Below the pieces are notes generated by a model. That model made no database searches and was not told the DNA's origin. It worked only from the letters and a program-made list of their open reading frames with translations. A stretch of 64,000 nt of DNA, taken from a virus. A program made the translations under genes and the position numbers. How positions within the stretch are numbered: position 1 is the stretch's first letter; each line of letters opens with the position of its first letter. This document shows, in pieces, positions 1 through 9,736 of this stretch. Location of the stretch: IMG/VR virus record IMGVR_UViG_3300037827_000415, positions 18,867-82,866 of that record. One strand, 5' to 3'.

Positions 1-2
1 TC

Positions 3-1085
3 GCGTTCTCCGCTTCAATTCTTGTCCTGTCGCTCCTGATCGCAGAATTTGGGCTGACCTTCGCGGTCAGCAATTCGGTCTCCCAAGGTGACACGACGTT
101 CTACGCTTGGGAAGACTCCGGCAAAACCATTCGCTTTGATCCCGTCCGCGGATATTGGCTCGGCACGACGCCTTCCCGATTCGTTCGCATGGCCGCAGGC
201 GAAGTCGACTGTGCGGGGACAATTCGCGGCAATGCCCAAGGTTATCCCGACGCCCATGATTTTACACTAAGAAAGCCGTCCGGCATCCGTAGACGGTATC
301 TCGTGCTCGGCGATTCGTTCACGGCCGGCTGGGGTCTGGAGACGAATTGGCCGGATCGAATCGAAGCATCGCGGCCGGAGTTGCAGCTTTACAACCTCTC
401 GACGGACGGGGGCGGCCTTGCGAACTGGTGGAGCAATCTGACGCGGTTCGCGATCGCGGAGAATTACCAATTCGACGGCGTGATCTTCGCGGTATTCTAT
501 GGCGACACGAAGCGGAGTTTCACGATCAAGGACCATCGCGACACGGCCGAGCCGCATTTCGCCCGCGTGGGATGGAAGCCGGAGACGTGGCCGCGGATGC
601 AAGCGGAGGCTGACCAATTCTTGAAGCCGCTTGCCGGTGAGTACGCTTCCCACATTCTCTCGACCGAAGACTTTGAGCGTGCCTTGGCGACTCGCAGACT
701 GCCGGTTCACAAGCGTCAACAACCGTGGATCATGTCGCAACTGATGGGTCTGCCGGCGTCAATTCAGCGGTTCACGTTGCCCAGTGATTCGGCGGATGGG
801 AAATACGACGCGGACCAGTTAGCTTTGATCGACGACATTCGCCGCGTTCGCGTGCCGATCATCGTGGTTCGCATTCCGACGCGGGAGAGCCTGATCACTG
901 GCTGGCACGAAGCCGAGCCGGAAGCGTTTGCCAAGTTGCTCGGGGGGAAGTTCTTGGACGGTGCCGACGCCCTTCGGGGTCTAAATCCAACGCAGATTCG
1001 GGGCCTGTTCTTCAAGCACGACGGCCACTGGAATCAGGACGGGTCGAATCGCTTCGCGGCATGGGTGCAGAAGCAGATTCAGTAG
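3..1085 (+). CDS. SGNH/GDSL hydrolase-family protein, 5'-truncated by the window edge
   Basis: The frame is open from base 3 and begins with a hydrophobic stretch (ILVLSLLIAEFGLTFAV). It contains block I LVLGDSFTAG and C-terminal DGHWN. Confidence 0.75.
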   Translation, partial: AFSASILVLSLLIAEFGLTFAVSNSVSQGDTTFYAWEDSGKTIRFDPVRGYWLGTTPSRFVRMAAGEVDCAGTIRGNAQGYPDAHDFTLRKPSGIRRRYLVLGDSFTAGWGLETNWPDRIEASRPELQLYNLSTDGGGLANWWSNLTRFAIAENYQFDGVIFAVFYGDTKRSFTIKDHRDTAEPHFARVGWKPETWPRMQAEADQFLKPLAGEYASHILSTEDFERALATRRLPVHKRQQPWIMSQLMGLPASIQRFTLPSDSADGKYDADQLALIDDIRRVRVPIIVVRIPTRESLITGWHEAEPEAFAKLLGGKFLDGADALRGLNPTQIRGLFFKHDGHWNQDGSNRFAAWVQKQIQ

Positions 1086-2275
1086 GTAAAACATCCCTGC
1101 GGCGTGCAGATTGTGCGGCCGCCGTAGAACTGCTGCGTAGGAATATGCTGCACCGGCGGCCTATCCTGCCACTGGTCAGCGGCCCAGTTGTAACAGCGAG
1201 TCGTCTGCCCGTACGCTTGTATCGGAATCGCTTGCTGATAACCGTAGTTCACTGGCTGACTGCAATTCGGAGCCGAGTATTGCACGGCCGGCTGCGAGCA
1301 ATTCGGTGCCGCGTAAGCCTGCGGTGCGGAGCAATTCGGCTGCTGCGAGCTGCGATTCCGCCACGCCTGCCACTCGTCGTACTGGCCATCGACAGCCGGG
1401 GCCTCGGGCGGAAACTTGATGCCCGGCCCAGCCTGCCGCCGATCGCTTCGCGGGTGCTCGTTCATCAGCTTGTCGATCGTCGGTGGGTTGAACCCGTGGT
1501 AGACCGTTTTGACGATGCCGTTCTCCACGATTTCAATCGTCGGGTCGAGCCCGCCCCGTGGCACGGCCTGGACCAGCCAGAAGTGCTTGCTGCGGTCGAA
1601 TCCCACGGTCCAGCCCGCGGGGACGGCTTCGCGAACCAAGCCATTGACCAGATTCATACACGCGACGCAAGCGGGGGCACGACCGTTCGTCGGCTCGAGC
1701 GTTCCGTCCGTCAGCCTTCTCGTTCCCCGCAAGTCGAGTTGGATTCTGATGCCGCTGTAATTGCCGTATGGCGTTGCGGACGGTTCGTCATCCAGTGGAT
1801 CGTGAACGCCGAAGGTCTGGTTGGCCGCGTTCGGCTTCGCTTCCGACGCTGGGGCCTTCGCGGGCGGAGGCGGTTGATCCAGTGCTTTGACGACTTCGGC
1901 CTTCACCCGGTCGGGGACGCCGGTGAGCTTCTGATCGAACGATGCTTGCATGCCGGTCAGGCTCTGCCGCATCGACTCAAACTCGTGGTGCATGACCGTG
2001 GGCTGCTGAGCGAGTTGATCCGCAATCTTGGCGAGCAACGCATCCGTGGTCGACGGCTGGGCCGGCTGCTGAGTTTCGGCCGGCGGATTCTTCAAGTCGT
2101 CGGGGATCGGCGTGCCATCCTCGGGGGCGTTCTTATCTTTGTCCGCATCGTCCGCTGCCCGGTAATGGCGATGGTGCCGGTCGTAATCGTAATCGTCGCG
2201 GTGCGGTCGGCGACGTTCGGGCAAAGAACAGCCCGCGACCGCAAGCAGGCAGACCAAAGAGAGAATCGTTCTCAT
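1079..2275 (-). CDS. Lipoprotein with a CxxC motif and C-terminal PNCS(Q/A)P repeats
   Basis: Lipobox LAVAGC, motif PACVAC, three PNCS repeats. Confidence 0.6.
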   Translation of the reverse strand: MRTILSLVCLLAVAGCSLPERRRPHRDDYDYDRHHRHYRAADDADKDKNAPEDGTPIPDDLKNPPAETQQPAQPSTTDALLAKIADQLAQQPTVMHHEFESMRQSLTGMQASFDQKLTGVPDRVKAEVVKALDQPPPPAKAPASEAKPNAANQTFGVHDPLDDEPSATPYGNYSGIRIQLDLRGTRRLTDGTLEPTNGRAPACVACMNLVNGLVREAVPAGWTVGFDRSKHFWLVQAVPRGGLDPTIEIVENGIVKTVYHGFNPPTIDKLMNEHPRSDRRQAGPGIKFPPEAPAVDGQYDEWQAWRNRSSQQPNCSAPQAYAAPNCSQPAVQYSAPNCSQPVNYGYQQAIPIQAYGQTTRCYNWAADQWQDRPPVQHIPTQQFYGGRTICTPQGCFTY

Positions 2276-2278
2276 GGA

Positions 2279-3121
2279 TCACCGATAGGGTTGATACGTG
2301 GGCGGATTGTTCAGGAAGTCGGCACGGCCGGCGTTGTACACTTCCATGTCGCTGATGCCGGACAGTTCGCATTGCGGAGAACCACACCAAGTGCGAAAGA
2401 CGCTTGAGGCAACCAGTGTCGTTCCGCGGTCGCCCCACTGATCGCCGTGTGAGTTCACCAAGATGATGTAATTATTTCCGTCCGAATCCTTGTCTTCGAC
2501 ATAGCCGACCAGGGCGACACAGTGACCGCCTAGGGATTGGCCTTCAACGCTTTCCACGGGCTCTTTTGTTTGCCGATGATTGGCGAGCGATTCTTGCCAC
2601 GGAATGCCGATGACTACAGCCCCGAGTCCAGCCGCAAGGAAATTGAAGACGTCGTTGTACGAATAAAGTGCGGTATGCGTCCGCACAAGATGATCCTTCG
2701 CCGCGTCGAAGTTTTCTCGCGTCGGCTCAAGATTGTAGTCGCCGGTGTATGGCAAATCTTCTTCAAGCAGAACCCCGTAGTCCTTGGCACCTTGAACCAC
2801 GCCACTGATTGTGCATCCTTGGTCGCCGCGGATGCCGCATTTCATCTGCCCGACGCGATAACTGAACTGCGGGCTCAGGTCGATCACTCCGCCGCGAGTG
2901 GCGAAGTAATTATCAACGCGGGCGGCGGCCGTCAGCCCATGCCCAGCACAGCTTGATTCCATCATCTGGAACCGAATACTCAGCCACTTTCGCGGATCGA
3001 TTGCCTTCGGAGGGGTGTACGCTCCGAAAATGCGAAGTGGCGAACACTTCTCATGCAAATAAGAAGTGTCCTCTTGCTCGGACGCCCAGCCGAGTTTGAA
3101 TTCAAAGTCGCCCACGCTCAT
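2279..3121 (-). CDS. Papain-like (C1 family) cysteine peptidase
   Basis: Q...SSC (oxyanion Gln and catalytic Cys), GGHCVALVGY (His), NSHGDQWGDRG (Asn, NSWG-like). Confidence 0.85.
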   Translation of the reverse strand: MSVGDFEFKLGWASEQEDTSYLHEKCSPLRIFGAYTPPKAIDPRKWLSIRFQMMESSCAGHGLTAAARVDNYFATRGGVIDLSPQFSYRVGQMKCGIRGDQGCTISGVVQGAKDYGVLLEEDLPYTGDYNLEPTRENFDAAKDHLVRTHTALYSYNDVFNFLAAGLGAVVIGIPWQESLANHRQTKEPVESVEGQSLGGHCVALVGYVEDKDSDGNNYIILVNSHGDQWGDRGTTLVASSVFRTWCGSPQCELSGISDMEVYNAGRADFLNNPPTYQPYR

Positions 3122-3543
3122 TCGTCGTCTCGCTCGTCGTCGCGGTGAATTGGTTCGTCAGAATTCAAACTGCGAAAGCCGCGTGCGATGGCCCGCACGT
3201 ATTTAGACTCACGCTTGCCGTACTTGTCGCGGTGCTGAGCCCCGATGTTGTCCATCAACTTGTTCATTTCGGCGAAGTCGGCCTTGTACTTTTTGGCAAG
3301 CCCGTCCTTGAGAGCGGTCCACAGTTCGCCCTTGTCGTAGACCTTACCGCCTTCCATGTCGTCGGCGATTTTGTCCCAAGCGTCGGCCTGATCGCGGTCG
3401 TACTTCCGCTGTGCGGACGCGACCATTCGCTCGACGGTCCCATTCTTATTGGGCGTCACGTGGCGGCCGTCGTCGCTCGACACGCATCCCGCGAGCACCG
3501 CGGCGATTATTCCGACAAGGATTGTGCGGCTTGTGTGGCCCAT
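3118..3543 (-). CDS. Putative lipoprotein
   Basis: Signal peptide with lipobox VLAGC; 4-bp overlap with the peptidase gene. Confidence 0.6.
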   Translation of the reverse strand: MGHTSRTILVGIIAAVLAGCVSSDDGRHVTPNKNGTVERMVASAQRKYDRDQADAWDKIADDMEGGKVYDKGELWTALKDGLAKKYKADFAEMNKLMDNIGAQHRDKYGKRESKYVRAIARGFRSLNSDEPIHRDDERDDE

Positions 3544-3917
3544 GTTTGCATATCGCTCCCAAAACTCTCCCGTGCTCCGACGGCACCGGGGGCAGCATAC
3601 TGTTCGTGATAATGGCTTTCCAAGTACGAGATCAGAATCTTGACCGCCAGTTCGATCAGTTTTTTCGTGGCCCAGTCTTCAAGGCGGTCCTTCCATCCGT
3701 GATCGGCCGCGTCGGCTTCGATGTCCGCGATGATGAGTCGCATCGCTTCAGACTCGTCTTCTTTCGACTCCCAGAAGCCGGGGCAATTGGCCAGACGACG
3801 CATTGCGATCGCGTGGGCACGATCCGTCGCTTCCCACGAAGTTTGGCTGTAGGCGATCCGCTCACCGTTGTATTCGATTTGATCGAAGTTCAACTTGCGG
3901 ATTCGTAAGTAGTCCAT
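3507..3917 (-). CDS. Hypothetical protein
   Basis: Start MDYLRIRK abuts the upstream stop; operon-like packing. Confidence 0.5.
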   Translation of the reverse strand: MDYLRIRKLNFDQIEYNGERIAYSQTSWEATDRAHAIAMRRLANCPGFWESKEDESEAMRLIIADIEADAADHGWKDRLEDWATKKLIELAVKILISYLESHYHEQYAAPGAVGARESFGSDMQTWATQAAQSLSE

Positions 3918-4336
3918 TATTGAATCGCCGGAATGTTCAAGGCTTGTTCGGCCACTTTGACTCTCGCAGCCAGCTTCTCGAATTCCGTTTGAGAAACTCC
4001 CGCAGCCGGAACCGCAACAAGCGGAGCGGGGGCCTCGACGCTCTTCGCCACGGATGGAACATGCGACACAATGGCGTGTGCCCCCTTGCTGAAGCTGTAG
4101 CCGTCGAAGATTGCCCCAACGATCGTGGGCAAGAGAAAGACGCAAAACGCCAGCCAGCGGGCGACCCAGCCGCCGTCCGGCCCGACGCCTTCAATCTCGA
4201 CGAGCGGTTCACCCAATTGGAAGCATTGGAATTGATCCAGCACCACGAACGCGATCGCGGCTAGGACGATCCCAAGAATTACCCGGCCGGCCGTCAATCT
4301 CACGTAGGCGGCGGGGACGGTTGATGCTGTCGCCAT
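3917..4336 (-). CDS. Two-TM membrane protein (holin-like candidate)
   Basis: Two hydrophobic segments and a short C-terminal coiled coil. Confidence 0.45.
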   Translation of the reverse strand: MATASTVPAAYVRLTAGRVILGIVLAAIAFVVLDQFQCFQLGEPLVEIEGVGPDGGWVARWLAFCVFLLPTIVGAIFDGYSFSKGAHAIVSHVPSVAKSVEAPAPLVAVPAAGVSQTEFEKLAARVKVAEQALNIPAIQ

Positions 4337-4794
4337 TCTGCTCTGGCCCTTTTATTGGCTTCGCTCTCAGGATCGGGCGTGAACGTCACCGGATGCGTCT
4401 GGTCGTTGACCACGTTCTTTGCGGCGTTCCACTTGGCCCAATCATCGTAAGCATTCTTGACCGTGCTGAGAACGCCGACCGTGTGATCCTTGAGTTCGGC
4501 CGTCTGTTGATTGGTCGCGTTCTCGATTTGCTGGGTCTGTTTGGCGTTGGCGTTCGCGATGCTGGATCGGTTCGCAGCGATGCCGACGGCCGTCGTCGCT
4601 GCGGTCGCTAGGCCGGTCATGCCGCCCAAGGCTGTGGTGCGACTCTGCTCTGGGAGTTTTTCGCACCAGACGAGAACGACGATGGCGAGCATCGCGAAGC
4701 CCAGCAGGCCGGCGACCATATAGAGCAGCAGCACGATCGGGTCACGCGGCGGCTTCGGCGTTTCGGCCTTCGGTTTGCGTTTACGTTTCGCCAT
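4300..4794 (-). CDS. Membrane protein (holin-like candidate)
   Basis: Basic N-terminus MAKRKRKPK followed by one or two TM helices. Confidence 0.45.
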   Translation of the reverse strand: MAKRKRKPKAETPKPPRDPIVLLLYMVAGLLGFAMLAIVVLVWCEKLPEQSRTTALGGMTGLATAATTAVGIAANRSSIANANAKQTQQIENATNQQTAELKDHTVGVLSTVKNAYDDWAKWNAAKNVVNDQTHPVTFTPDPESEANKRARAEWRQHQPSPPPT

Positions 4795-4799
4795 GTTGC

Positions 4800-5306
4800 T
4801 CAGTGCTTGTTGTATTCCAGTGCGATTTTGACGGCCTCGACCGCGATGCCGGCGAACACCGTCGCGATGAGCGAGATCACCGTCCAAAAGGTTCGGCTTC
4901 GTTCCTTTTGCCGGTTGTGGTGCTCGCTCTCAAGCGTTTTGATCTTGTGTTCATGGATGGCCATTCTCTCGCCAAGGTGGCCGTCGTCTCCACCCTTGAT
5001 GAATTCGTCGATGTCGTCGACCTTGGCCTTCATCAATTCGAGATCGACCATCTTATCCTTGATGAGCCGAACGTCTTTGATCAGGTCGCTCCGCTCCACG
5101 GCCCACGAAGACGTCATGTCGCGAAGCCCGTCCACAAGCTGGGAGATGGCCTCCAAGAGCCTTTCCTGCCCCTCGTGGTCGTTGCCTCTGGATCGCGTAG
5201 ACGACGGCATGACGTGTCTCCCCTCCAAACCGAGCAGGGGCTCGTGGCCATTTGTCCCGAGGATGCCGACGGGCTCAGAATGGCTGAACGAATTTTCGGC
5301 CGTCAT
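4800..5306 (-). CDS. Coiled-coil protein with a C-terminal TM anchor
   Basis: Heptad-like region followed by FWTVISLIATVFAGIAV. Confidence 0.5.
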   Translation of the reverse strand: MTAENSFSHSEPVGILGTNGHEPLLGLEGRHVMPSSTRSRGNDHEGQERLLEAISQLVDGLRDMTSSWAVERSDLIKDVRLIKDKMVDLELMKAKVDDIDEFIKGGDDGHLGERMAIHEHKIKTLESEHHNRQKERSRTFWTVISLIATVFAGIAVEAVKIALEYNKH

Positions 5307-5425
5307 GAATAGACCGCTTTCCCGAAGGCCCGCCAGTGAGGCAACTAACGCTCCCGGAGATGGCGGGAGTTCCTGTTGATTGTGGCCGAAATCGGGGATT
5401 TGTCGAGATTATCCCTTGGCCAATG

Positions 5426-5449
5426 AAAAAAGCCCGCATTTCTGCGGGC
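5426..5449 (-). terminator. Intrinsic terminator
   Basis: GCCCGCA-GAAA-TGCGGGC followed by T6 on the minus strand. Confidence 0.7.
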
Positions 5450-5508
5450 CGGGGGCCTTCGTTTGGGTCGCATCGACTTCCATGCTGCGATTTTACTGTC
5501 CGGCCCCT

Positions 5509-5552
5509 AAAAAATGACGGTGCGGGTCTCAGGGCCGATTCCCGCACCGCCG
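5509..5552 (-). terminator. Intrinsic terminator after 5565..6557
   Basis: GGCGGTGCGGG/CCCGCACCGTC stem followed by a T run, just past the stop codon. Confidence 0.6.
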
Positions 5553-5564
5553 CTCATCCTTGAA

Positions 5565-6557
5565 TCATGCGGCAAGTGCCTTTTCAATCAACTCCCCAAG
5601 CTCGCCGATCCGCTTCACCATCGTCTCCGGTACCCGCTTGGCCTTGTCGATCATGTTGCCCATCGCGGTCAGCTCCTTCGCGTATTGCGTGGCTTCGTCA
5701 CCCATCTTCGCGATCAGCCCGACCGCGTTATTGGCCAGTTGACGGCACTTGCCGACCCATACCGAGACGACGGCCGGATCATCCTCTGGATCGAGCTCAG
5801 CCGGCTTCGCGACCGGCACCGGATGATCGTTGCGGAAGTTCACCAAGCAATCCGTGATCTTGTCGATGGCCGCTTGGCCGAGCCCCTTGATCGCGGACGG
5901 TAGAAACTCGCCGGCACCGATTCGCTTTTCGAGTTCGCCAACGGTTGTGATGCCGGCCTCGATCATCTTTTCCGTGTAGCCTTCCGGGGCGTGGAGTTCG
6001 GCGATTGGCATTGCGGCGGCTTCGTCCACGATCGACTCGATGACGTGTGCGGCAATGTCTTTTGCTGACATGCTGCCGTCGTTTGCCGGCTGCCCATTGC
6101 TCGCGTCAAATGGCAACGCCTTCTGTTTCGTGGCCGCGTTCCGCCTTCGCACGGCGTGCCGCATGTTGGCGATCAACTCTTCCCGCGTGTCCTTCGCGTC
6201 CTTCAACTGGATTTTCAGGTCGGCGATCACGCGGTCCTGCTGGTCGATCTCGTCCTCCAGTTCACGGAGTTCCTGATCGCGAAGGTTCATCTCGTGCAGG
6301 CGGGTTTTGAGACGCTCGAATTCATTGTCGTCGCCAGCCAGACTGCCAATCGTCTCGTAGCCGACGATTCCGAGAGATTCGGCGGAAGCGAGGGTGTCAG
6401 CCCCTTCCTCCAGTGCCGGCGGATCGCTCGGCTTCAATCCGAACTGTGCCGCAGTCGCCGGATCGGACACATTGATCGCGGTCGTGTTCTGTGCCGGTTC
6501 GGGGTGCAGCGGGTGTTCGATGCTGGGATCCCACGCCATGTTTTCGCTCGCTTTCAA
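5565..6557 (-). CDS. Hypothetical coiled-coil protein
   Basis: 330-aa ORF with a long heptad region and a possible HhH-like IKGLG motif. Confidence 0.55.
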   Translation of the reverse strand: MKASENMAWDPSIEHPLHPEPAQNTTAINVSDPATAAQFGLKPSDPPALEEGADTLASAESLGIVGYETIGSLAGDDNEFERLKTRLHEMNLRDQELRELEDEIDQQDRVIADLKIQLKDAKDTREELIANMRHAVRRRNAATKQKALPFDASNGQPANDGSMSAKDIAAHVIESIVDEAAAMPIAELHAPEGYTEKMIEAGITTVGELEKRIGAGEFLPSAIKGLGQAAIDKITDCLVNFRNDHPVPVAKPAELDPEDDPAVVSVWVGKCRQLANNAVGLIAKMGDEATQYAKELTAMGNMIDKAKRVPETMVKRIGELGELIEKALAA

Positions 6558-6844
6558 GAAAAGAACGTCGGCAAATCCGGCCCTGGCTGCGACGGTCGGG
6601 CCGCAGGCGTCGATTGTTTCCAGTGTGGCTGATTGTTGCGGATGTGATCCAGTAGAACGTATAGCACTTTAGTCAGCGACTCTTCGGCGGTCTCATCGGT
6701 CAGTTGATCGGCTTCGATGTAGAGCGTCGGCTTGGCCATGCCCCAGTCGATTTGGACCTTGATCGCTCCCGCGTTGGCGTGGGACTCGATGCGGATGAAG
6801 CCGGATTCGCGGGCGAGGTCGCGTATTAGGGTGGCTAGTGTCAT
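6554..6844 (-). CDS. Hypothetical protein
   Basis: 4-bp overlaps with both neighbours. Confidence 0.5.
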   Translation of the reverse strand: MTLATLIRDLARESGFIRIESHANAGAIKVQIDWGMAKPTLYIEADQLTDETAEESLTKVLYVLLDHIRNNQPHWKQSTPAARPSQPGPDLPTFFS

Positions 6845-7365
6845 GTTTGCATTCGGTTGTACATTCCGGACAATCGCCTCGCCTGCTCCAATTCATTTTG
6901 ATGTTCAGTAATGTGTGCGCTCCTGTCGAGAGAGTTCAGGTTAGATGGATCGTCGTTCAGTGTATTGCGATCTTCATGATGCACGAGCATTCCGGACGGC
7001 AATACGCCATGAACACTTTCCCAAACAACGACGGCACGTAATTTCCAGTCGGCTACATTTCCGTTGTCTGCGATCTTCACCCACGCTCGCGGCTTTCCGT
7101 TTTTATCTTTCCTGATTCGCACAGAACCAATCGGCCGTTTTGTTTTGGGGACTTGCCCTTTTTTGAAGCTGCCGGAGTTTGCTCCGAAAACTCCGATTTT
7201 ACCTTTCATCCACGGCGTGCTGCCCGGATTAAACCTTCCGCGTCCGGATCCGTGTTTTCGATTCCATTCGTGATAGCATCGCTGCGAACAGAATCTAATT
7301 GCCCTCTTTCCGGAACGATGTCGACAGAACTCTTCTCTGCATTCCTCGCAGACCCAAATCGGCAT
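6841..7365 (-). CDS. HNH endonuclease with N-terminal Zn ribbon
   Basis: CEEC...FCSQRC and VHHEDRNTLNDDPSNL...H. Confidence 0.8.
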   Translation of the reverse strand: MPIWVCEECREEFCRHRSGKRAIRFCSQRCYHEWNRKHGSGRGRFNPGSTPWMKGKIGVFGANSGSFKKGQVPKTKRPIGSVRIRKDKNGKPRAWVKIADNGNVADWKLRAVVVWESVHGVLPSGMLVHHEDRNTLNDDPSNLNSLDRSAHITEHQNELEQARRLSGMYNRMQT

Positions 7366-7376
7366 CTCGGTTTTTC

Positions 7377-9302
7377 CTAGGCGAACAGGACGCCTTGTTC
7401 AGTTTTTGAAGATACAGCTCTTTTGCAATTCTTGATAGCGGCGTCGAAATATGATTCCTTTAGTTCGATTCCATAAAATCGCCTTTCCAACTGGATGGCG
7501 CTGTAGCCGGTGCTCCCCACGCCGCAAAAACAGTCCAGTACCAGTTCGCCGGGATTACTCCACAGCCGCACGCACCGCTCGCAAATGTCGAGCGGGAACG
7601 CACAGATATGCCGCGTGTCCTCTTCGTCCTTCGCTTCAAGCGTATTGAGCGTCCGCGACCAGCGGATATCCGACCAGCACGCTTCGGCCCAGTCAATCCA
7701 CTGATTGCGGCTCACTTGGTTTTCGCTGTCGATCAGAACCGCATTCTCGCCCGGCTTGCGGAACTTGATGATGTAGTCCGGCAGACATGGGGCCGACTGC
7801 GAGCGATCGCGTTCAAGGCCGACGAATTGCAGGCGACGTGATCTTGTGCGAATCGCCTCGGAATTATGCGTGAGAATGCAGCTTTCCGTCGCGAACAGAC
7901 CGTCCTCGGCTTCGACCGTGATGCACGTGCAAGGAAATTCGCCGATCTCTTCGATGGCAACGACAGCCCGCCTGAATCCCTTCTGCGGCGGAATCCACTT
8001 CGCGATCTTGTCCTTGAACCTGAACGGACATATTCCGTCTCGAAGACGCGGGGTCAACTCGTAAATCACTCTACCGAATCGCGTTTCGCCGTTGTGGTGA
8101 TACTTGCTGCCCGCTCGTGCGATCTTTGTGCAGATTCCGCCAAGCGACTCTACAAGAAACTTGAAGTCGTCAGCCAGACGCTCCGACGTTGTGTGGAACG
8201 CTACGCCGCCCTTCACCTTGTTTTTTCCGTCCGTATCGAGCAGCCCCGCAATCAATAGTCGGCGGGACATTTCGTCCGCGAAAAGATAGGTCGGCGGGAC
8301 GAACTTATCCCAAGCGTGCTTGCCTTCCAGTCCGAGCGACCGAATCGCGTGCAGGACGTCATTACGATGCCATTCCGGGCATGTGATGTTCCAGGTTGAA
8401 GCATCGTTGCCGCGCTCGGATCCGGGATTCAGCCGGAGGCTATGATTATGTGGAAGAGACAGGTTCTCTACGATTCCGCGTTGCGTGCAAATTTCGACAA
8501 CGCCGCGTTTCGACAGGCAGCCATCACCAAGCAGTACGCCAAGCAGATATGGATCCAGCGGCAATTGCTTTGCGTTGAATTTTACGGCCCCGCCAATCGT
8601 CGGCAGGAAAAACTTCGCCGATCCGCTTGGCTGAAATAGCCCGCGACTCTTGATCTCCTCCGTCTTTAGTACGATTTGCCGCCTTTCTCCGTGAATTTGA
8701 GCGGTAGTCATCACTGACCAGAGATGGTTGCCGTCGCAGTCAACTGAAGACCCGTCGGACGTCGAGACGCGAAACAGCCTTCTCGTGCCTTGCGGCCACA
8801 CGCCCACGACACGCGTCGGCTGACCAGAAGATCCGATCACTTGATCATTGATGGCGAGAGACTGAATCTCGCTCCATCCTTGAGGCGTCAAAACCCTCGA
8901 TCCGTCTCGTAGAGCCTGCGGATTCTTTGAACACATGACTTCGCCGTCGTAAATGAATCCCGCTCGCTGGCCAAGGCGAATGTTGAGCCCGCGAAAGTCG
9001 TGAACGCCTTCGCCGCCCACTCGCTTCAGGCCGGGGATTTGCATGACGTGGCAAGCGAACACGCGGCCCGGCTTGAGTACGCGAAGGATCCTGCGATAGA
9101 AGAATGCAAGATGGACTTTGGACTCCGCCCCGTAGCTTTCGACGTTGCCGATGTCTGACTCGCTGTCGCTGTACGCGAACAATGCGGGGAAGGCCGGGCT
9201 GCACATGGCGAAATCGACTGACGATTCCGGCATGACGCTCTCCATATGGGGGATAGCATCGCCGTGGTGGATGAAGAATTCTTCGCCTTCGGGAATCAGC
9301 AT
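7377..9302 (-). CDS. N4-C/N6-A DNA methyltransferase (beta class) containing an intein
   Basis: SPAF (SPPF-like motif IV), HICAFP, and VLDCFCGVGSTG (motif I). Confidence 0.85.
   Translation of the reverse strand: MLIPEGEEFFIHHGDAIPHMESVMPESSVDFAMCSPAFPALFAYSDSESDIGNVESYGAESKVHLAFFYRRILRVLKPGRVFACHVMQIPGLKRVGGEGVHDFRGLNIRLGQRAGFIYDGEVMCSKNPQALRDGSRVLTPQGWSEIQSLAINDQVIGSSGQPTRVVGVWPQGTRRLFRVSTSDGSSVDCDGNHLWSVMTTAQIHGERRQIVLKTEEIKSRGLFQPSGSAKFFLPTIGGAVKFNAKQLPLDPYLLGVLLGDGCLSKRGVVEICTQRGIVENLSLPHNHSLRLNPGSERGNDASTWNITCPEWHRNDVLHAIRSLGLEGKHAWDKFVPPTYLFADEMSRRLLIAGLLDTDGKNKVKGGVAFHTTSERLADDFKFLVESLGGICTKIARAGSKYHHNGETRFGRVIYELTPRLRDGICPFRFKDKIAKWIPPQKGFRRAVVAIEEIGEFPCTCITVEAEDGLFATESCILTHNSEAIRTRSRRLQFVGLERDRSQSAPCLPDYIIKFRKPGENAVLIDSENQVSRNQWIDWAEACWSDIRWSRTLNTLEAKDEEDTRHICAFPLDICERCVRLWSNPGELVLDCFCGVGSTGYSAIQLERRFYGIELKESYFDAAIKNCKRAVSSKTEQGVLFA
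7863..8915 (-). mobile_element. Class 3 intein (351 aa) with LAGLIDADG homing endonuclease, inside the methyltransferase
   Basis: Junctions KNPQ/ALRDGSRV and ILTHN/S; block B NHLW, block F CTCITV; endonuclease motifs LLGVLLGDG and IAGLLDTDG. Confidence 0.85.
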
Positions 9303-9736
9303 CAGTCGCACCTTTCGCCAAAGCCTTCGCGTTCGTGAAACTGATAGTCGATTTTGTGGCCCGGAACGCCGCAGAGTCGTCCGCGGATTTCGTGCCATTC
9401 TTCCGAGTTTTCTTCGACGGTTTGCATTTTCAGGATTGCGTCGCCGACTTCCGTATCCCGCACGACCCAGATTTCACGACCGCGATTGAACGGAAGGATC
9501 CGCACTTGCAATCCATACCGGTGGCCGACCTTCAGGCAAATATCAAAGACGACCTTGAACCATTCTTCCGACGGCCGGAACATCGCGGCTCGACATGCCC
9601 CGAGATAAATCTTCTCCGCTTCTCCGCTGACGAATCCGGCCGCGAACACCGGAATTAAAGCCGGGTCCATGCCGGTGAATTGTTCAAGCCCAACTTTGTA
9701 AAGCGGGCCGCACGTCTGCGGTTTCAAAGTTGCCAT
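9302..9736 (-). CDS. Hypothetical protein
   Basis: Tightly coupled between the helicase and methyltransferase genes. Confidence 0.55.
   Translation of the reverse strand: MATLKPQTCGPLYKVGLEQFTGMDPALIPVFAAGFVSGEAEKIYLGACRAAMFRPSEEWFKVVFDICLKVGHRYGLQVRILPFNRGREIWVVRDTEVGDAILKMQTVEENSEEWHEIRGRLCGVPGHKIDYQFHEREGFGERCD

Noticed and set aside
1250-1345. gcaattcgg repeats as a DNA-level array
   Set aside because: They are in frame and explained by the PNCS peptide repeat.
1061-2407. 448-aa plus-strand ORF
   Set aside because: Arg-rich shadow of the minus-strand lipoprotein gene.
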